Origin: Octopus sinensis | Taxonomy: Eukaryota | Direction: 5' to 3' | NCBI RefSeq assembly: GCF_006345805.1 | Contig: NC_043002.1 | Coordinates: 87,916,001 to 87,980,000, forward strand | Length of the DNA: 64,000 nt | In this document: positions 12,802 to 25,305 of the stretch, one piece after another | Position numbering within the stretch: the first letter of the stretch is position 1 | How the letters are laid out: every line of letters begins with the position of its first letter | The notes under the pieces: model-generated | The model's input: the letters and a program-made list of their open reading frames with translations, nothing else | The model's database searches: none | Told to the model about the DNA's origin: nothing | Translations under genes and position numbers: made by a program

Positions 12802-13010
12802 GGCGGCGAGCAGGCAGAATTGTTAGCCCGTCGTGCAAAATGCTTAGCAGCATTTCGTCCGCTTTGACGTCCTGAGTTCAACCTCCGCTGAGGTCGACTT
12901 CGCCTTCATACTTCGGGGTCGATAAAATAAGCATCAGTTTCGCACTGGGGTCGATGTAATCAACTAGCTCCCGCGCCCTAATTTCAGGCCTTGTGCTTAT
13001 AGTAGAAAGG
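12802..13010 (+). mobile_element. SINE family 1, tail type B, with 17-bp TSD
   Basis: Full head-to-tail copy; flanks atatatttgcttatgta (12783-12799) / atatatttgcgtatgta (13011-13027). Confidence 0.9.
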
Positions 13011-13143
13011 ATATATTTGCGTATGTATGCATGTGTGTGTAATATCTATTATATATTTGATAAAGTGTGTATTTGAGTGCATGTCCAGCTTGAAAGAAAG
13101 CTATTGCTATTTCGAGTCTCTCTTCCTTTTTTCTTTCACGGTT

Positions 13144-13183
13144 TCTCTCTCTCTCTCTCTCTCTCTTCTCTTCTCTTCTCTCT

Positions 13184-13225
<42 letters not shown>
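13144..13225. repeat. (CT)n microsatellite
   Basis: Direct reading. Confidence 0.95.
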
Positions 13226-13245
<20 letters not shown>

Positions 13246-13633
13246 GCATTATCTATTTAATTTTCTCTCAAATTCTCTCCATATCACTGCCTATTTCTTT
13301 TTCTACGTTTTTCTTTGTCTCAATCTCTTTTGTTCTCTTGCTGCTTATTTTTTCCTCCCTGCGTGTTCTCTCTATCACTTCTAGCTCTCTCATTGTATCT
13401 TTTCCTCTCTTTCTTTCCCTGTCTCCCCCTTTCTCCCAACTCTCTTTGTATGTGTGTGTATGTGTATGTGTGTATGTATCTATTTCCATTTCTCTCGATC
13501 ATACTCTATCGCTAACATGTCAACTGATTGTAACAAACTTAAGCGCTACATCAAATTTCGTGGATGCCTATTCTAGCTACAGAATTCATATTTTTACTTG
13601 AAAGGATCTAATATACCTTACCTTTGAAGCCGC

Positions 13634-14077
13634 GGATCTTTTTGGTTTGAACGGCAGTTTTTAACATAATTTCTAGGTAACTAAAAAATTTTAAACTTCG
13701 TATACTGGTAGAATGTGTTTATAAAACATCTTTTTCTCTTGGCTTTATTGAGAAAATTCTATGGTTTGTAAGATATTTGTTGTTGTTTTTTCCTTCAATT
13801 TCTGCAATTTCAACCAATCAAATACGTCTATTGAGGTAAAAAAAAACATTCTGTGCCGTATGAATATGTCCCTCGTTTAAGAAACAGATTGGGTTTATTT
13901 ACATTTGTGAAGGAAAAAAGATACCCTTCCCCCCACCCCTAACCTTAACCCTAACCCTAACTAACCCTAACCCTAAAACAGATTGAAATGCAATTGATCG
14001 ATACTAGGGTCATAATTATGGGTGACAATTTCATATGACACCGTTAGAAAAAAATGCCGTTCAAACTGAAAAGATCC
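13634..14077 (+). mobile_element. Merlin-like MITE, copy 1, with internal (CCCTAA)n
   Basis: ~29-bp TIRs ggatcttttyggtttgaacggcagttttt / aaaaawgccgttcaaacygaaaagatcc; near-identical to 25306-25719 and 44003-44396. Confidence 0.75.
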
Positions 14078-14273
14078 GAAATTCCTGTCACTTTTAGATA
14101 AGCGTTTTTCAATAATAATGTGATAATTTTCTTCAAAATGGGGTTGCGACAGTAAGATATTTTTATTGGGCGTCTATTAAAATTACAGGAAGATTTTTAA
14201 TAGACACTGAATAAAAATGTCATACAGTTGCTGCTCCATTTTGAAGAACAATATTACTCGTAAGCATAACTAT

Positions 14274-14490
14274 AATATTTCTTTATTGCCCACAAGGGGC
14301 TAAACATAGAGGGGATAAACAAAGACGGACAAAGGGATTAAGCCGATTACATCGACCCCAGTGCGTAACTGGTACTTTATTTATCGACCCCAAAAGGATG
14401 AAAGGCAAAGTCGACCTCGGTGGAATTTGAACTCAGAACATAACGGCTGACGCATTTCGCCCGACTTGCTAACGATTCTGCCAGCTCGCC
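14274..14490 (-). mobile_element. SINE family 1, tail type A, with 14-bp TSD
   Basis: TSD gtaagcataactat at 14260-14273 and 14491-14504. Confidence 0.92.
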
Positions 14491-14514
14491 GTAAGCATAA
14501 CTATTAGCCCACTC

Positions 14515-14674
14515 CCAGTTGTCGCTGTCAAAACCCTGCACTGAAGTTTGCCCTCTTGACCAGGCATATATGATAAACTTCGTTGTCTATAAGGTAGAAA
14601 TCACAGCAACGCTTCAAAACAACGTAACTGAAAAGAAAAATTACATCCGGTTATGCGAAGAGACATTATGCAAA

Positions 14675-14675
<1 letters not shown>
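14515..14675 (+). pseudogene. Penelope-like GIY-YIG N-terminal fragment
   Basis: CRC..(frameshift)..CPLDQAYMINFVVYKVEIT...KKNYIRLCEET. Confidence 0.65.
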
Positions 14676-14708
<33 letters not shown>

Positions 14709-14710
<2 letters not shown>

Positions 14711-15010
14711 GCACGTTCAGATCCAAGCCATCACCGGAACTGTGAAAATCTGTAAAACTTTCCAAGAATTTATCATTTAGGTATATATGAGCATGTCTAA
14801 ACATACAACTATATACAGGAGAAAACATACATAAAACGAAACATACAAATCTGCTCATATACATACATACATACATACATACATACATACATACATACAT
14901 ACAAAAATACTGTGTTGATGTTGAAATTCCAATGAAGGAATCTTGGATCTAGGTTAGAAACTGGCTCTTTCTCTATTGGCAAGAAATCTTGAAATAAAAC
15001 TGAATAATAA
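14709..15010 (+). mobile_element. 3' fragment of (TACA)n-associated R4-type LINE
   Basis: Encodes QIQAITGTVKICKTFQEF; same UTR architecture as 59211-59578 and 61700-62312; followed by (TACA)n. Confidence 0.8.
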
Positions 15011-15112
15011 CATACGTACATACATACATACATACATACATACATACATACATACATACATACATACATGCATACATACATACATACATACATACATACA
15101 TACATACATACA

Positions 15113-15143
<31 letters not shown>

Positions 15144-15404
15144 GCAAGATGACAAAATCAATATCAGACCCACCAGGTGTAGAGGGCCGTTTAAAATGAC
15201 GTTTTTTGAACGTTTTCTTTAGAATTATTACCGACTCTTCCAGCCTAAATCAGTAACTGGTTTATTATCTCTTCTGCTTTATGTACGAGAGAAAAAACTT
15301 TTACTTACCGACGTAGCATTATTCAAACCTGATTACAAACTATATCACATCACGTGGCATTTCGCAAGTACAAACATAGATGATGATAGATAGATACATA
15401 GATA

Positions 15405-16993
15405 TGTTTCTTTATTAGCCACACAGGGCTGCACACAGATAGAACAAATTACAAGGTAGAGCTTTTCTTTTGAAGGTTTAAAAAAAAAAAAAAAAAAAAG
15501 GAAGGGGGAGTTTCGATCAAAAGGGATCGTAAAAGGAGAGAAAGAGGACAAAAAAAAGGGGGGGTTAAAAAAAAAAAAAAGGGGAGAGGAAAAAAAAATT
15601 GATCAATAGGGATCGTTATCACAGAAATGTCGATATGAAGTGTAAAGGGGAGGACAGGTGAGGTTTACCCGTGGAAAGAAAAACCTACGGAAAAGACCAC
15701 GGTAACCTCGGTCAATGAAGTCACATTTATATTTCTTTTTTTTTTTTTTTTTTTTTGCAAATAAGCAACTCTCTGTTTTCGATTTCTGGGTTCATAGGAC
15801 TATGCTCAAGGTGGCTTCGTCATTCATACGTGCCATTCTTGCTACATTCACCCATCTTTTTTTAAAACATTCGCTAGACAAAACTTGCCTCTCTACTCTC
15901 ACTTTCCTTTTCAAGTGGTACTTGAAGAAGTTGATGAGAGATTGACCAGAGAGGAAAGTGTTTGTCTCCAATCCTTTCAGACGCGTCCACCAGATACATT
16001 CTTTCGCCATAGCCACAAGGATGATGAAAATAGCTCTTCCTTCCCGTTTGAAGGAAGGAGGCGTGACAATATTGACGATAGACTCAGCTGATAAACCGAC
16101 TCGTCCCACACGTGACAGCAGTTGTTCGACATAAGCCCACAGGTCGGAAATTGTTGGACACTGAACGAGTGCGTGCAGAACGGTTTCGTCGCTCTGACCG
16201 CATCTCGGGCAGGTCGGCCCCGTGTTTCTCGAGCCGTGTCTGTAGAGCTTATCCCGAACGGGTAGCGCTTCTCGGTAGCACTGCCAGGCCAGGGATCTCT
16301 GGAAGTTGTCCATGGGCCCTGGCCCGAAAGTCGTCCCGAACAGGCGGGTCAGGTACTCCTCGTCGACGTCCAGGTTCGCCCCGAGCTCGTCGTCGTACCT
16401 CCCCTCCACTAAACCCCTATAGAATGCTTTGGTTGTGTTGAAGTCACTTAAGGTCGACCCAGGACGGCAGAGTTGCTTGAGAGCAACGCGACACTCGCGG
16501 TGCCATTCGCCCTTCCTCGGCCTCTTTTTGATCCACGACTGCAGTTCGGTCATGGAGACGAGCTGCGGGAAAGCGTGCCTCACAAACGGCGACCACACCT
16601 GTTCACCGTCGTCTACATAGAGCCAGAGATGTCGCAGTCTCAGCGCGTGTCTGCGCATCATCACCACGGCATGCCCAGCCCTCCTTTTAACGGGTGTTGA
16701 CAGCAAATGGATCGCCTGACCATCGGGACGCATCCTTTCCACAAGAAGCGAAAGAGGATGCGTTGTAGTTTGGTGATGGTAGGGTCGGGACAAGGTACGA
16801 CGGTCAGGCGGTAGTAGATGACGGACGCGATGTACGTGTTCGCCACCTCCGCTCGACCTTTTAGGGACAGTTTCCTCTCGGCCCATTGCCGGGTGAGAGT
16901 GACCACCCTACTCGTTATCTCGTTCCAGTTCTTCTCCACTTGGAGGTCCGGACCGAACCAGACCCCGAGCAACTCAACCGGGCCGTCGGTCCA
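15405..16993 (-). mobile_element. 5'-truncated Tx1/L1-clade LINE inserted in (GATA)n
   Basis: ORF2 C-terminus with zf-RVT; 3' UTR ending aataaagaaaca; 13-bp TSD agatacatagata at 15392-15404 and 16994-17006. Confidence 0.9.
15792..16993 (-). pseudogene. Tx1/L1 ORF2 C-terminal region, one frameshift near 16662
   Basis: [20 protein letters not shown]...FLWKG...GGLGMPW, then ...AWQCYREALPVRDKL...CPRCGQSDETVLHALVQC. Confidence 0.88.
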
Positions 16994-16999
16994 AGATAC

Positions 17000-17070
17000 A
17001 TAGATAAATAGATAGACAGATAGACAGGCAGGCAGACAGGCAGTACAGACAAACAGGCAGACAGACAAAC

Positions 17071-17158
<88 letters not shown>

Positions 17159-17170
17159 GGATGGATGGAT
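17000..17170. repeat. (GATA)/(GACA)n microsatellite
   Basis: Direct reading. Confidence 0.95.
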
Positions 17171-17484
17171 AGATGCATCGTTATGTATAATCGATTTCCA
17201 ATATTTACATAATCCAACCATACTGCCTGGTTCTATCTAATTACAGATAGAATTGAGATGTAACTGTTGTTATTTCAATTTCTAATGGCAGACAGCATTA
17301 AATTTCAAAATAACCATTGAAATCTTTAACAACGTAACTACATTAATGTCGATAAGAAAATTACAAACTTTTTTCCTGTGTGACACTCACTCAACTAACA
17401 TCTGTGACACTTCTCTCTATCTGCTTACATCACTGTATTACTTGCGGTTTGCTAGTGAGTATAAAACTAGACAAACCTTATCCT

Positions 17485-17898
17485 GCAGCTAATGAGCGTA
17501 TAGACAAAACACATACAGTACGCATTTGATATCGATAATGTTTACTTTATTAGAACTGCATTTAATTCAAAATTTCATTTTGTTTCACTTGTGCTACGTC
17601 TAAGCACATCAGTAAACAAGCTTTACACTATTTGCAATATCTCAGATCAGCGATTCGGTTCGCTACCGGGCGAGTCGTGTGTATGGTGCTGAGGAGCTGA
17701 CAGACAGCGAAATATCGATGTCCACAGTTCTCGTTTATCCGAGGCGGGTTGTCACGCTTGGCCTGAAATATTCAGTGCTTTTTAACACTCAGTATCAAGT
17801 AGCGTTTCCCAGGACGCTAACCCGCAGCTAATGGGCGCATAAACATAATACATATGTATGTGACATCGATAACGTTTACATTATTAGAACTGCTTTAA
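17485..17898 (+). mobile_element. Direct-repeat-bounded unit (period 339 nt) containing a hammerhead; retrozyme/pLTR-like
   Basis: Repeats 17485-17565 and 17824-17898 share gcagctaatg, atcgataa, gtttac and ttattagaactgc. Confidence 0.6.
17686..17725 (+). ncRNA. Type I hammerhead ribozyme
   Basis: GTG-CTGAGGA-GCTG acaga CAGC-GAAA-TATCGATG-TC-CAC. Intact core, perfect stem II, near-palindromic stem III with a U-G pair at 15.2/16.2, GUC triplet, only 3 firm bp in stem I. Confidence 0.75.
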
Positions 17899-17951
<53 letters not shown>

Positions 17952-18246
17952 GTTATTCGTTCCTTCTCGAGCCATGCCTGACTCATAAGGGCCGGTTTCC
18001 CGGTTTCCTTGGCGTATAGGTTCCCCACCTGGACGGGACGCCGGTCCGTCGCAGGTGAGCTGCGAGATGCAGGAGGAAAGAGTGAAAGAAAGTTGCGGCG
18101 AAGTTCGTCATTACCTTCTGCCGGAGCCGCGTGGAGCTTAGGTGTTTTCGCTCATAAACACACACATCACCCGGTCTGAGATTTGAACCCGCGATCCCTC
18201 GACCGCGTGAGTCCACTGCTCTAACCACTAGGCCATGTGCCTCCAC
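17952..18246 (-). mobile_element. tRNA-derived SINE family 2, tail variant i
   Basis: Head ggaggcacatggcctagtggttagagcag, body gagcgaaaacacctaagctccacg, tail ctgcgacggaccggcgtcccgtccagg...gaaggaacgaataacaac. Confidence 0.85.
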
Positions 18247-18255
18247 GTGTGTGTA

Positions 18256-18333
<78 letters not shown>

Positions 18334-18399
18334 CAAATTTTTCCTTTTTCTTTTATAACTTGGGGTTTATTTTGACCGTCCACTTGCTTGGTAGCAACG

Positions 18400-18722
18400 C
18401 TGTCAAGGAGGACATCTTGTTTTGTTCATCCTTTAAATCTTAAGAAGGTTTTGCAAGTCTTCTTCGCCACAGGCACTGTGATCATTTGTAGCGTATGAAG
18501 TAAGGAGTTGCATTCACCCCACTAAGAACATAAGGTCAGCTATACTTTGCTGCCGGTGAGTTAGTACGTGTCCTCTTGTTTCAATAATAATAGGTGCTAA
18601 ACTGAAAGTGTATTTTAGATAATGGATTTGCAAATTCCTTATCAGTGCCCCATAGATGACCTTCTCCTGCGTCGTTTTCTGACCACATTCATGTCCAGAG
18701 AGTAACTGATATCCACAAGCGA
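18400..18722 (-). pseudogene. Decayed R4-type restriction-like endonuclease fragment (TACA family)
   Basis: QEKVIYGALIRNLQIHYLKYTFSLAPIIIETRGHV aligns by eye to QEKENIFSELMCNFHLPYSNYEFSFIPIIIDALGYV at 58120-58240; the 5' flank is (TATG)n. Confidence 0.6.
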
Positions 18723-19186
18723 ACATTTTTTCTTGTATGTACGAATGTACGTAATTTCACATGCGTGCACACATGTATGTATCAATGTATGCATGTATGT
18801 ATGAATGAATGAATGTATGTATGTATGTATGTATGTATGTATGTATGTATGTACGCTTTTTTATCCGAGGGGAGGCAATGCGAGCAACAACCACAGGAAC
18901 ATTACAAAATCCACAGAACGATCAAACACACATATATTCATATATTCATTTATATCTATAAAGCCCGGCGTTTAAAAATTTAAAAATTTAGTAACATAAA
19001 TATATCATATAAAAATATAAATTTTGCATATAACACCTTGAATTTACGCTTAAAACATTTAGTATAAATTTGTTACAATAAAAGAAATAAAAATAATTAT
19101 AAATAAAACATAAAGCATACAATGACATAATAAAAGACGAATTAAAATTCTAGAGAAATGTACGTAGAAGATAATAATTATACATG

Positions 19187-19515
19187 TATGTATGTATGTA
19201 TGTATGTATGTATGTATGTATGTATGTATGTATGTATTTATGTATTTATGTATGTATGTATGTATTTATGTATTTATGTATGTATGTATGTATTGGTGTA
19301 TGTAAGTATGTATGTATATATGTATGTATGTGTGTATGTATGTATGTATATATGTATGTATGTATGTATATATGTATGTATGTATGTATGTATGTAAGTA
19401 TGTATGTATATATGCATGTATGTGTGTATGGATGTATGTATGTATGTATGTATGTATGTATGTATGTATGTATGTATGTATGTATGTATGTATGTGTGTG
19501 TATGTATGTATGTAT
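19187..19515. repeat. (TATG)n microsatellite
   Basis: Direct reading. Confidence 0.95.
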
Positions 19516-20505
19516 GATCTGCTTTGGGATTTATTTTTCCCTTTGCAGAATTCAAACCGGTCATTTTAAGTCAAAACAGCTTTGTGTGGTTGTTTTTAAC
19601 AGAATTGGTTGATGTATGCATATCTGAGTGCGTGTTGTGCGCACCTGTTCCTGCATGCATATACTTGCACTCGTGGGTGTGCGTGTCACAATATAACTCA
19701 AATATGTATGCTTTATTACTGTTTATCTGTGTCTGTGTGTGTGAATTCCGTGTGTATACATGAGTGTGTGCATAATTTTATTCAGGAACCTCAAATGGAA
19801 AAACCCTGAAATGTGTGTATCTTTTATACGGAGACAGAAATACTCGTGGTATGGAACGAGCAGCCAGCAAGACTACTCGGAAGCGATAGTTTCCTAGTTC
19901 TTGTTCAAACGTCTCTCTAAGAGGATACACTGATGTAAAACCTAAGAACCATTCTTGTGGCTGTTCCAATCAATGCTGAGCTGCCAGGAGAAAAGCTGTT
20001 CTATCTGAAAAGTCAGTGCAGTTCTCTGCACGTTACAGTCACGATAATCTATTTCACGCACAGGAACTTCATTTCGGACAAACAAAATCCTGCGGCGGCA
20101 ATGGGGAGTAGTGGAACATAAAATCTTAGATATAATAAAGGTGGGGGTGGTCGTAGATAGAACTCTTGATCAACAGTCTACTCACTCAAAGTGGATTCGC
20201 AGCTAAGCAACAGCAGCAACAACTTTTGTTTAATTCAAGATCTCTTGGAAGGGAAATTACAGGAGTGATGATGTAGCTTCCCGTTGCTCGTCCACTTACA
20301 AAAGTCTGAAACTCATCACTCCAAGTTAACAAACTTCTCATCGATATAGCAGTCAGTTTACCCCGCCACTTTCGAAAATGTGCTCTACCTACTCATAGTA
20401 CTTATTTACAGCAAGGTTGACTAAGAGTTATTTTGTAAATGTTCATGGCCATAAACGCAGCATTTTTTATTGCAGGCCGGTTTAGCTAGAGATTCAGTAC
20501 TTCAA

Positions 20506-20728
20506 CCCTTTTACTGCTGAAATTAGATATATTCTGTCAAAATTTCATTACGTTTATCTGCAGAAAGCTGTTTTATACACCTATCTACCTTTTAATTAAG
20601 AATGTCGTTGAGATATCTCAACTTTATTGAAACGACGTGACTTGCACAAAATACGTATTCTTCTTTTCTGGTAGATATCTAGCGTCATTACTGGATTAAC
20701 CATGAAATTTAATTTCTCTGTTAAAGGG
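20506..20728. mobile_element. piggyBac-like MITE
   Basis: Termini ccctttta / taaaggg, flanked by TCAA and TTAA. Confidence 0.55.
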
Positions 20729-21309
20729 TTAACCTTTTAAACTTATAATAAATGATAAGACAGCGAAATATAATTAGATAAAACAAAGAAATATGATAGA
20801 TATAAATACAATTATATGACTAAGAAGAATTGTAAATCCGGAGAACTACTAAAACAATGTTATAAATGGGTCTCTTATCAGAATGTTAAGCTTTACTTAA
20901 ATAACAACAGGTCGTTTGTTTGTTTTGGATTGATTACCTTTCTCTACATGTCTAGTCTAGTTTGTTCAGCTCTTATCTTATCCAGTCAGCTATGTTAACA
21001 TCAAAGTATTAGTTATTACGATCCGATAACGGATAATAGCGACTTTAAATCTCAATTATTTGAAAAATTTAAATTTTAACAAATTACTCATACGAATAAT
21101 TTATTACACAAATTTATTACACACCTTTCGGTTGTTAAACAAAACAAAAGTGATTTATTAACTCTATTTTAAAATATTATACCAAACTGATTCGGTATAA
21201 AACAGTGATTTCCCTCAAAAGTTAACCAAATTTGTTACACATCTTTCTATAATTGCACGAAGCAACAAAAAAAATTAAAATGCATCAAATTCATTTTAAG
21301 ATCCTACAC

Positions 21310-21441
21310 TAAACCTCATAACCCTGTGGTTTCGGATTCAGTCCTACTGTGCGACACCATGGGCAAGTGTCATCTATTGTTCCTGGTCGACCAGTGCCTT
21401 TTGAGTGAATTTGGTAGATGGCAATTGTGTGAAAGCCAGTT

Positions 21442-21505
<64 letters not shown>

Positions 21506-21700
21506 TACGTGTGTAAGTATACATACGTATCTTTATGCTTGTGTTTGTCTCCGCCACCATCGCATGAGAACTTGACAACTGATGTTGGTTTGTTTACATG
21601 CACGTAATTGCGGTTCGGTCAAAGGGTTCGATAGAATTAAGTACTGAGGTCGATTTGTTCGACTAAACCCTCCAACACGGCCGCAGTTCAGTGAGTGAGA
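21310..21700 (+). mobile_element. CORE-type SINE family 3 (decayed)
   Basis: gcgacaccatgggcaagtgtcatctattg..., internal (TG)n, same tail as 28168-28570. Further fragments at ~22560, 31660, 32130, 33000, 35010, 36830 and 37800. Confidence 0.75.
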
Positions 21701-22924
21701 GAATTAAAACGTAATGCATACATCCATAAAACTCTTTTCCTTCGCCATGATGTTAGACAAGTTTAGTATGTTTGAAATCTACCTTAATTTCATTAACTAT
21801 ATTCAATTTATCGGATCCATTTTTTAATCGCGCCATGCCTATTCCTCAATAAGAATCATTGATATAAAGGATCTGGGTAGAAAGAAATTCCTTGTATGTT
21901 AATTACATACTGAAGAACACCGGATGAACCGATTATGCGATATAGATTCAGTTCCAAGCTGGAATCATTCCATTCCTATCTACGTCTCTAATGTTCTTGA
22001 GAAGATAAATATAGATCTTCTAGAGATTATATTACTAATTCCAATTGTGATTATAAGTTAAGTAACTCAAATATACTTGGTGATTCCAATGGTTATTTTG
22101 GATAACATGTTTGTCTGAACATAGCAGCACCACTTTGCTTTTAAGTAGACAAAGAAAGTAGTTTGGTGCTGGAGAGCGGTACTGTTAATATTTACCCCCA
22201 TTAATTTACTGGTACCAATTCCTTGGCAGAATGTAGAAGTGTCTGCATAGTCATGAAACGTCCTCCAAATAGTAACGAAATCTTCCTTGAATGACACCCT
22301 TCTGACTTAGAAAAACAGAAAACACAATGATAATGGGGTGTAGTTTAGTCTTAGATACACAATGCCTGATAAAAGTTAGGACCATCATAGCTGAACGACT
22401 TCGATTATAGATTTACCTAATTGGGGTTGCTAGAGGGTGAGGCCAAGCAACACCAACGGCAGCAATAACTGTTATTTCTCAAGTTATTGTCCCTGGAGGG
22501 ATATTTATCGCTCATTTTTATCTTTTATGGTGGAGCACCTCCCTAAAAGGTTTGGTAGAACCAAGTGACCACACTGCTTACCTTTTTTCAGTCTGCTACT
22601 TATTTTGTCGGTCTCTTTTGCCGAACCGCTGTTATGGGGATGTAAGCAAACACGAACACCCTCCCCTATATATAGACTCTCTCTTCTTACTCCTACAGAC
22701 TCTCTCTCTCTCTTCTCTCTCTCTCTCTGTTTAGCGACTGTCAAACTAATACATTCCATGTAGATGTCCACTTGTTTGGAACTCGAAAATGTCGATGAGG
22801 GGTTGACCGGAGGGAAAAGTGTTTACCGTCTGCCTTTTTCACTGTACAACCTCTTACGCCACATCTATCAGCCTGGGGAACATTGCCTGCTTAACCGCTT
22901 TAAAAGAGGAAGTTGGGGCAAATA

Positions 22925-23140
22925 ATCTTGTCTACTATAGGCACAAAGCCTGAAATTTTGGGGGAGGGGACTAGTCGATTATATCGATCCTAGTGTTTCA
23001 TTGCACTTAATTTATTGACCCCGATATGATGAAAGGCAAAGCCGATCTCGGCGGAATTTGAACTCAGAATGTAAGAACGAACGAAATACCGCTAAGCATT
23101 TCACCCGGCGCGCTAACGATTCTGCCAGCTCGCCGCCTTA
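22925..23140 (-). mobile_element. SINE family 1, tail type B
   Basis: Minus strand aaggcggcgagctggcagaatcgttagcgcgccggg...ttcaggctttgtgcctatagtagac. Confidence 0.88.
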
Positions 23141-23334
23141 TGTTCTTGTAATGATTTTACAAGAACATTACTGTTCTTGTACTGTCCTCATTGGACGCTC
23201 TTGGGGCAAATAATAGTTCTTCCCCCATTACGTTCCTATTTCAAATTTCACTGATACTGAATTTTCCTTTCATACTCTTGGATCCTATACAATGCAGTTC
23301 TGGGGTCGATATAGTCGAATGTTTCAATCTCAGA

Positions 23335-23732
23335 GTAGTAGTAGTAGTAGTAGTAGTGTAGTAGTAGTAGTAGTAGTTAGTAGTAGTAGTAGTAGTAGTG
23401 GTTTGAGGGCACGTGGCTTAGTGGTTAGGGTATTGGGCTCGTGATCGTAAGGTCGTGAGTTCAATTCCTGGCGGCGCGTTGTGTCCTTGAGCAAGACACT
23501 TTATTTCACGTTGCTCCAGTCCACTCAGCTGCCAAAAATGAGTAGTACCTGCATTTCGAAAGGGCCAGCCTTGTCACACTCTGTGTCACGCTGAGTCTCT
23601 CCGAGAACTACGTTAAGGGTACACGTGTCTGTGGAGTACTCAGCCACTTGCACGTTAATTTCACGAGCAGGCTGTTCCGTTGATCGTATCAGTTGGAACC
23701 CTCGTCGTCGTAACCGATGGAGTGTTCTCCCC

Positions 23733-23824
<92 letters not shown>

Positions 23825-23828
23825 CGGC

Positions 23829-23859
<31 letters not shown>

Positions 23860-23942
23860 TAGTAGTAGTAGTAGTGGTGGTGATGGTGGTGGTGGTGGTG
23901 GTGGTGGTGGTGGTGGTGGTGGTAATAGTAGTAGTAGTAGCT

Positions 23943-24030
<88 letters not shown>
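23335..24030. repeat. Mosaic (AGT)/(GGT)/(GCA)n trinucleotide array interrupted by a SINE
   Basis: Direct reading. Confidence 0.95.
23405..23732 (+). mobile_element. tRNA-derived SINE family 4
   Basis: A box tggcttagtgg, B box gagttcaattc, body ttgtgtccttgagcaagacactttatttcacgttgctccagtccactcagctg; decayed relative at ~29437-29700. Confidence 0.8.
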
Positions 24031-24031
<1 letters not shown>

Positions 24032-24094
24032 TAAGCATCGATAAAAGTAAGTTATGCGTCTACAGAATTGTCATCGTCGTCGTCATCATTGTCG

Positions 24095-24125
<31 letters not shown>

Positions 24126-25305
24126 ACTGATTTATCGTTACTGTCAAAACTTCTCATTCACATCCAGTCTCATCAACTTTTCTCTTGTCATTCTTAATTA
24201 TAATTTATTATACCACTATAACTACTGTTGCTGTTGATAATACGGCTATCCATGCTGCTGCTTGCTTCTACTACTGCTGCTGCTGCTACTACTACGACTA
24301 TTACTTCTATCTGCACCACAACCAACAGCACCATACGTCTTAATCTATATAGATAGGCAAATAGACAGACAGACAGACAGACAGACAACCAGATAGATAC
24401 ATGCATACATTCATGCATACATATATATATACATACATACATACATACATACATACATACATACATGTGTACATACATACGTACATACATACATACGTAC
24501 ATATCTACGTACATACATACATACATTCATACATACATACATGTATTTATTACATGTATATATATACACACACATGTATGTATGTATGTGCGTATGTATA
24601 TATGTACGTATGTATACACGCATACCCACACACACACATACACATATACACAGTTATATATATGAGACTAACAGCACGTTATTTTGTAAAATAATTTCAT
24701 TTCTCTTCAATAACGTATCTTTTGAACTATAAAAGAACACGTGACCCTCTCAGTATTGGTCATTTGACATGTCCTATATATACTGCATTACACAAGTAGT
24801 GTGTGTGTGTGTGCGTGTATGTGTGTTGTCTGTGAGCGTGTATGCGTGTGTGTGCGCGTGTGCGTGTGCGTGCGTGCACTTATAGAAACAACCCTCGAAG
24901 CAGTATTCGGATTAAAGGAGACTCAGTCACCTGTGACGTGTTTATTTGTTCTGTGATCCAGATCAGTAAATATAATCAGACAGTAAGCCAGCTAGCTACA
25001 CTTGCAGGAGATGTTCACTCCAGTCCTGCTACCGGTACTTTGCTTATGTTTACACATTCTTTCAGTGGATATTCTTTATCTGATTAGAAACTCGGGAAAA
25101 TTTTAATCTAAAGGTGAGCTGTTCGTTTATCCGTATATTTACGTATCTATATATTTAATATATCTGCATAGTATTTCTGTATTCATTTTGTGAATGTACA
25201 ACTGATTATTACAGTTGATATCTGTGTAAAACTGAGCGTTGTTTACCTAAATTCTAGAAATAAACCAAACAGTAATTTCCTAAATATTACTACCTAAAAT
25301 TATCG

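Noticed and set aside
13938-13978. True telomere or chromosome-fusion scar
   Set aside because: The short tract is an internal part of a MITE present three times in the window.
19778-20420. Unique-looking segment with short ORFs (also 4976-5212, 22067-22320, 29100-29340, 50870-51150)
   Set aside because: No recognisable motif and most frames are interrupted; possibly very old TE remnants. Left unassigned pending tBLASTn.
23405-23480. tRNA gene calls for SINE heads (also 18170-18246, 26194-26265, 38697-38770)
   Set aside because: A/B boxes are present but there is no complete cloverleaf; each continues into a SINE body.
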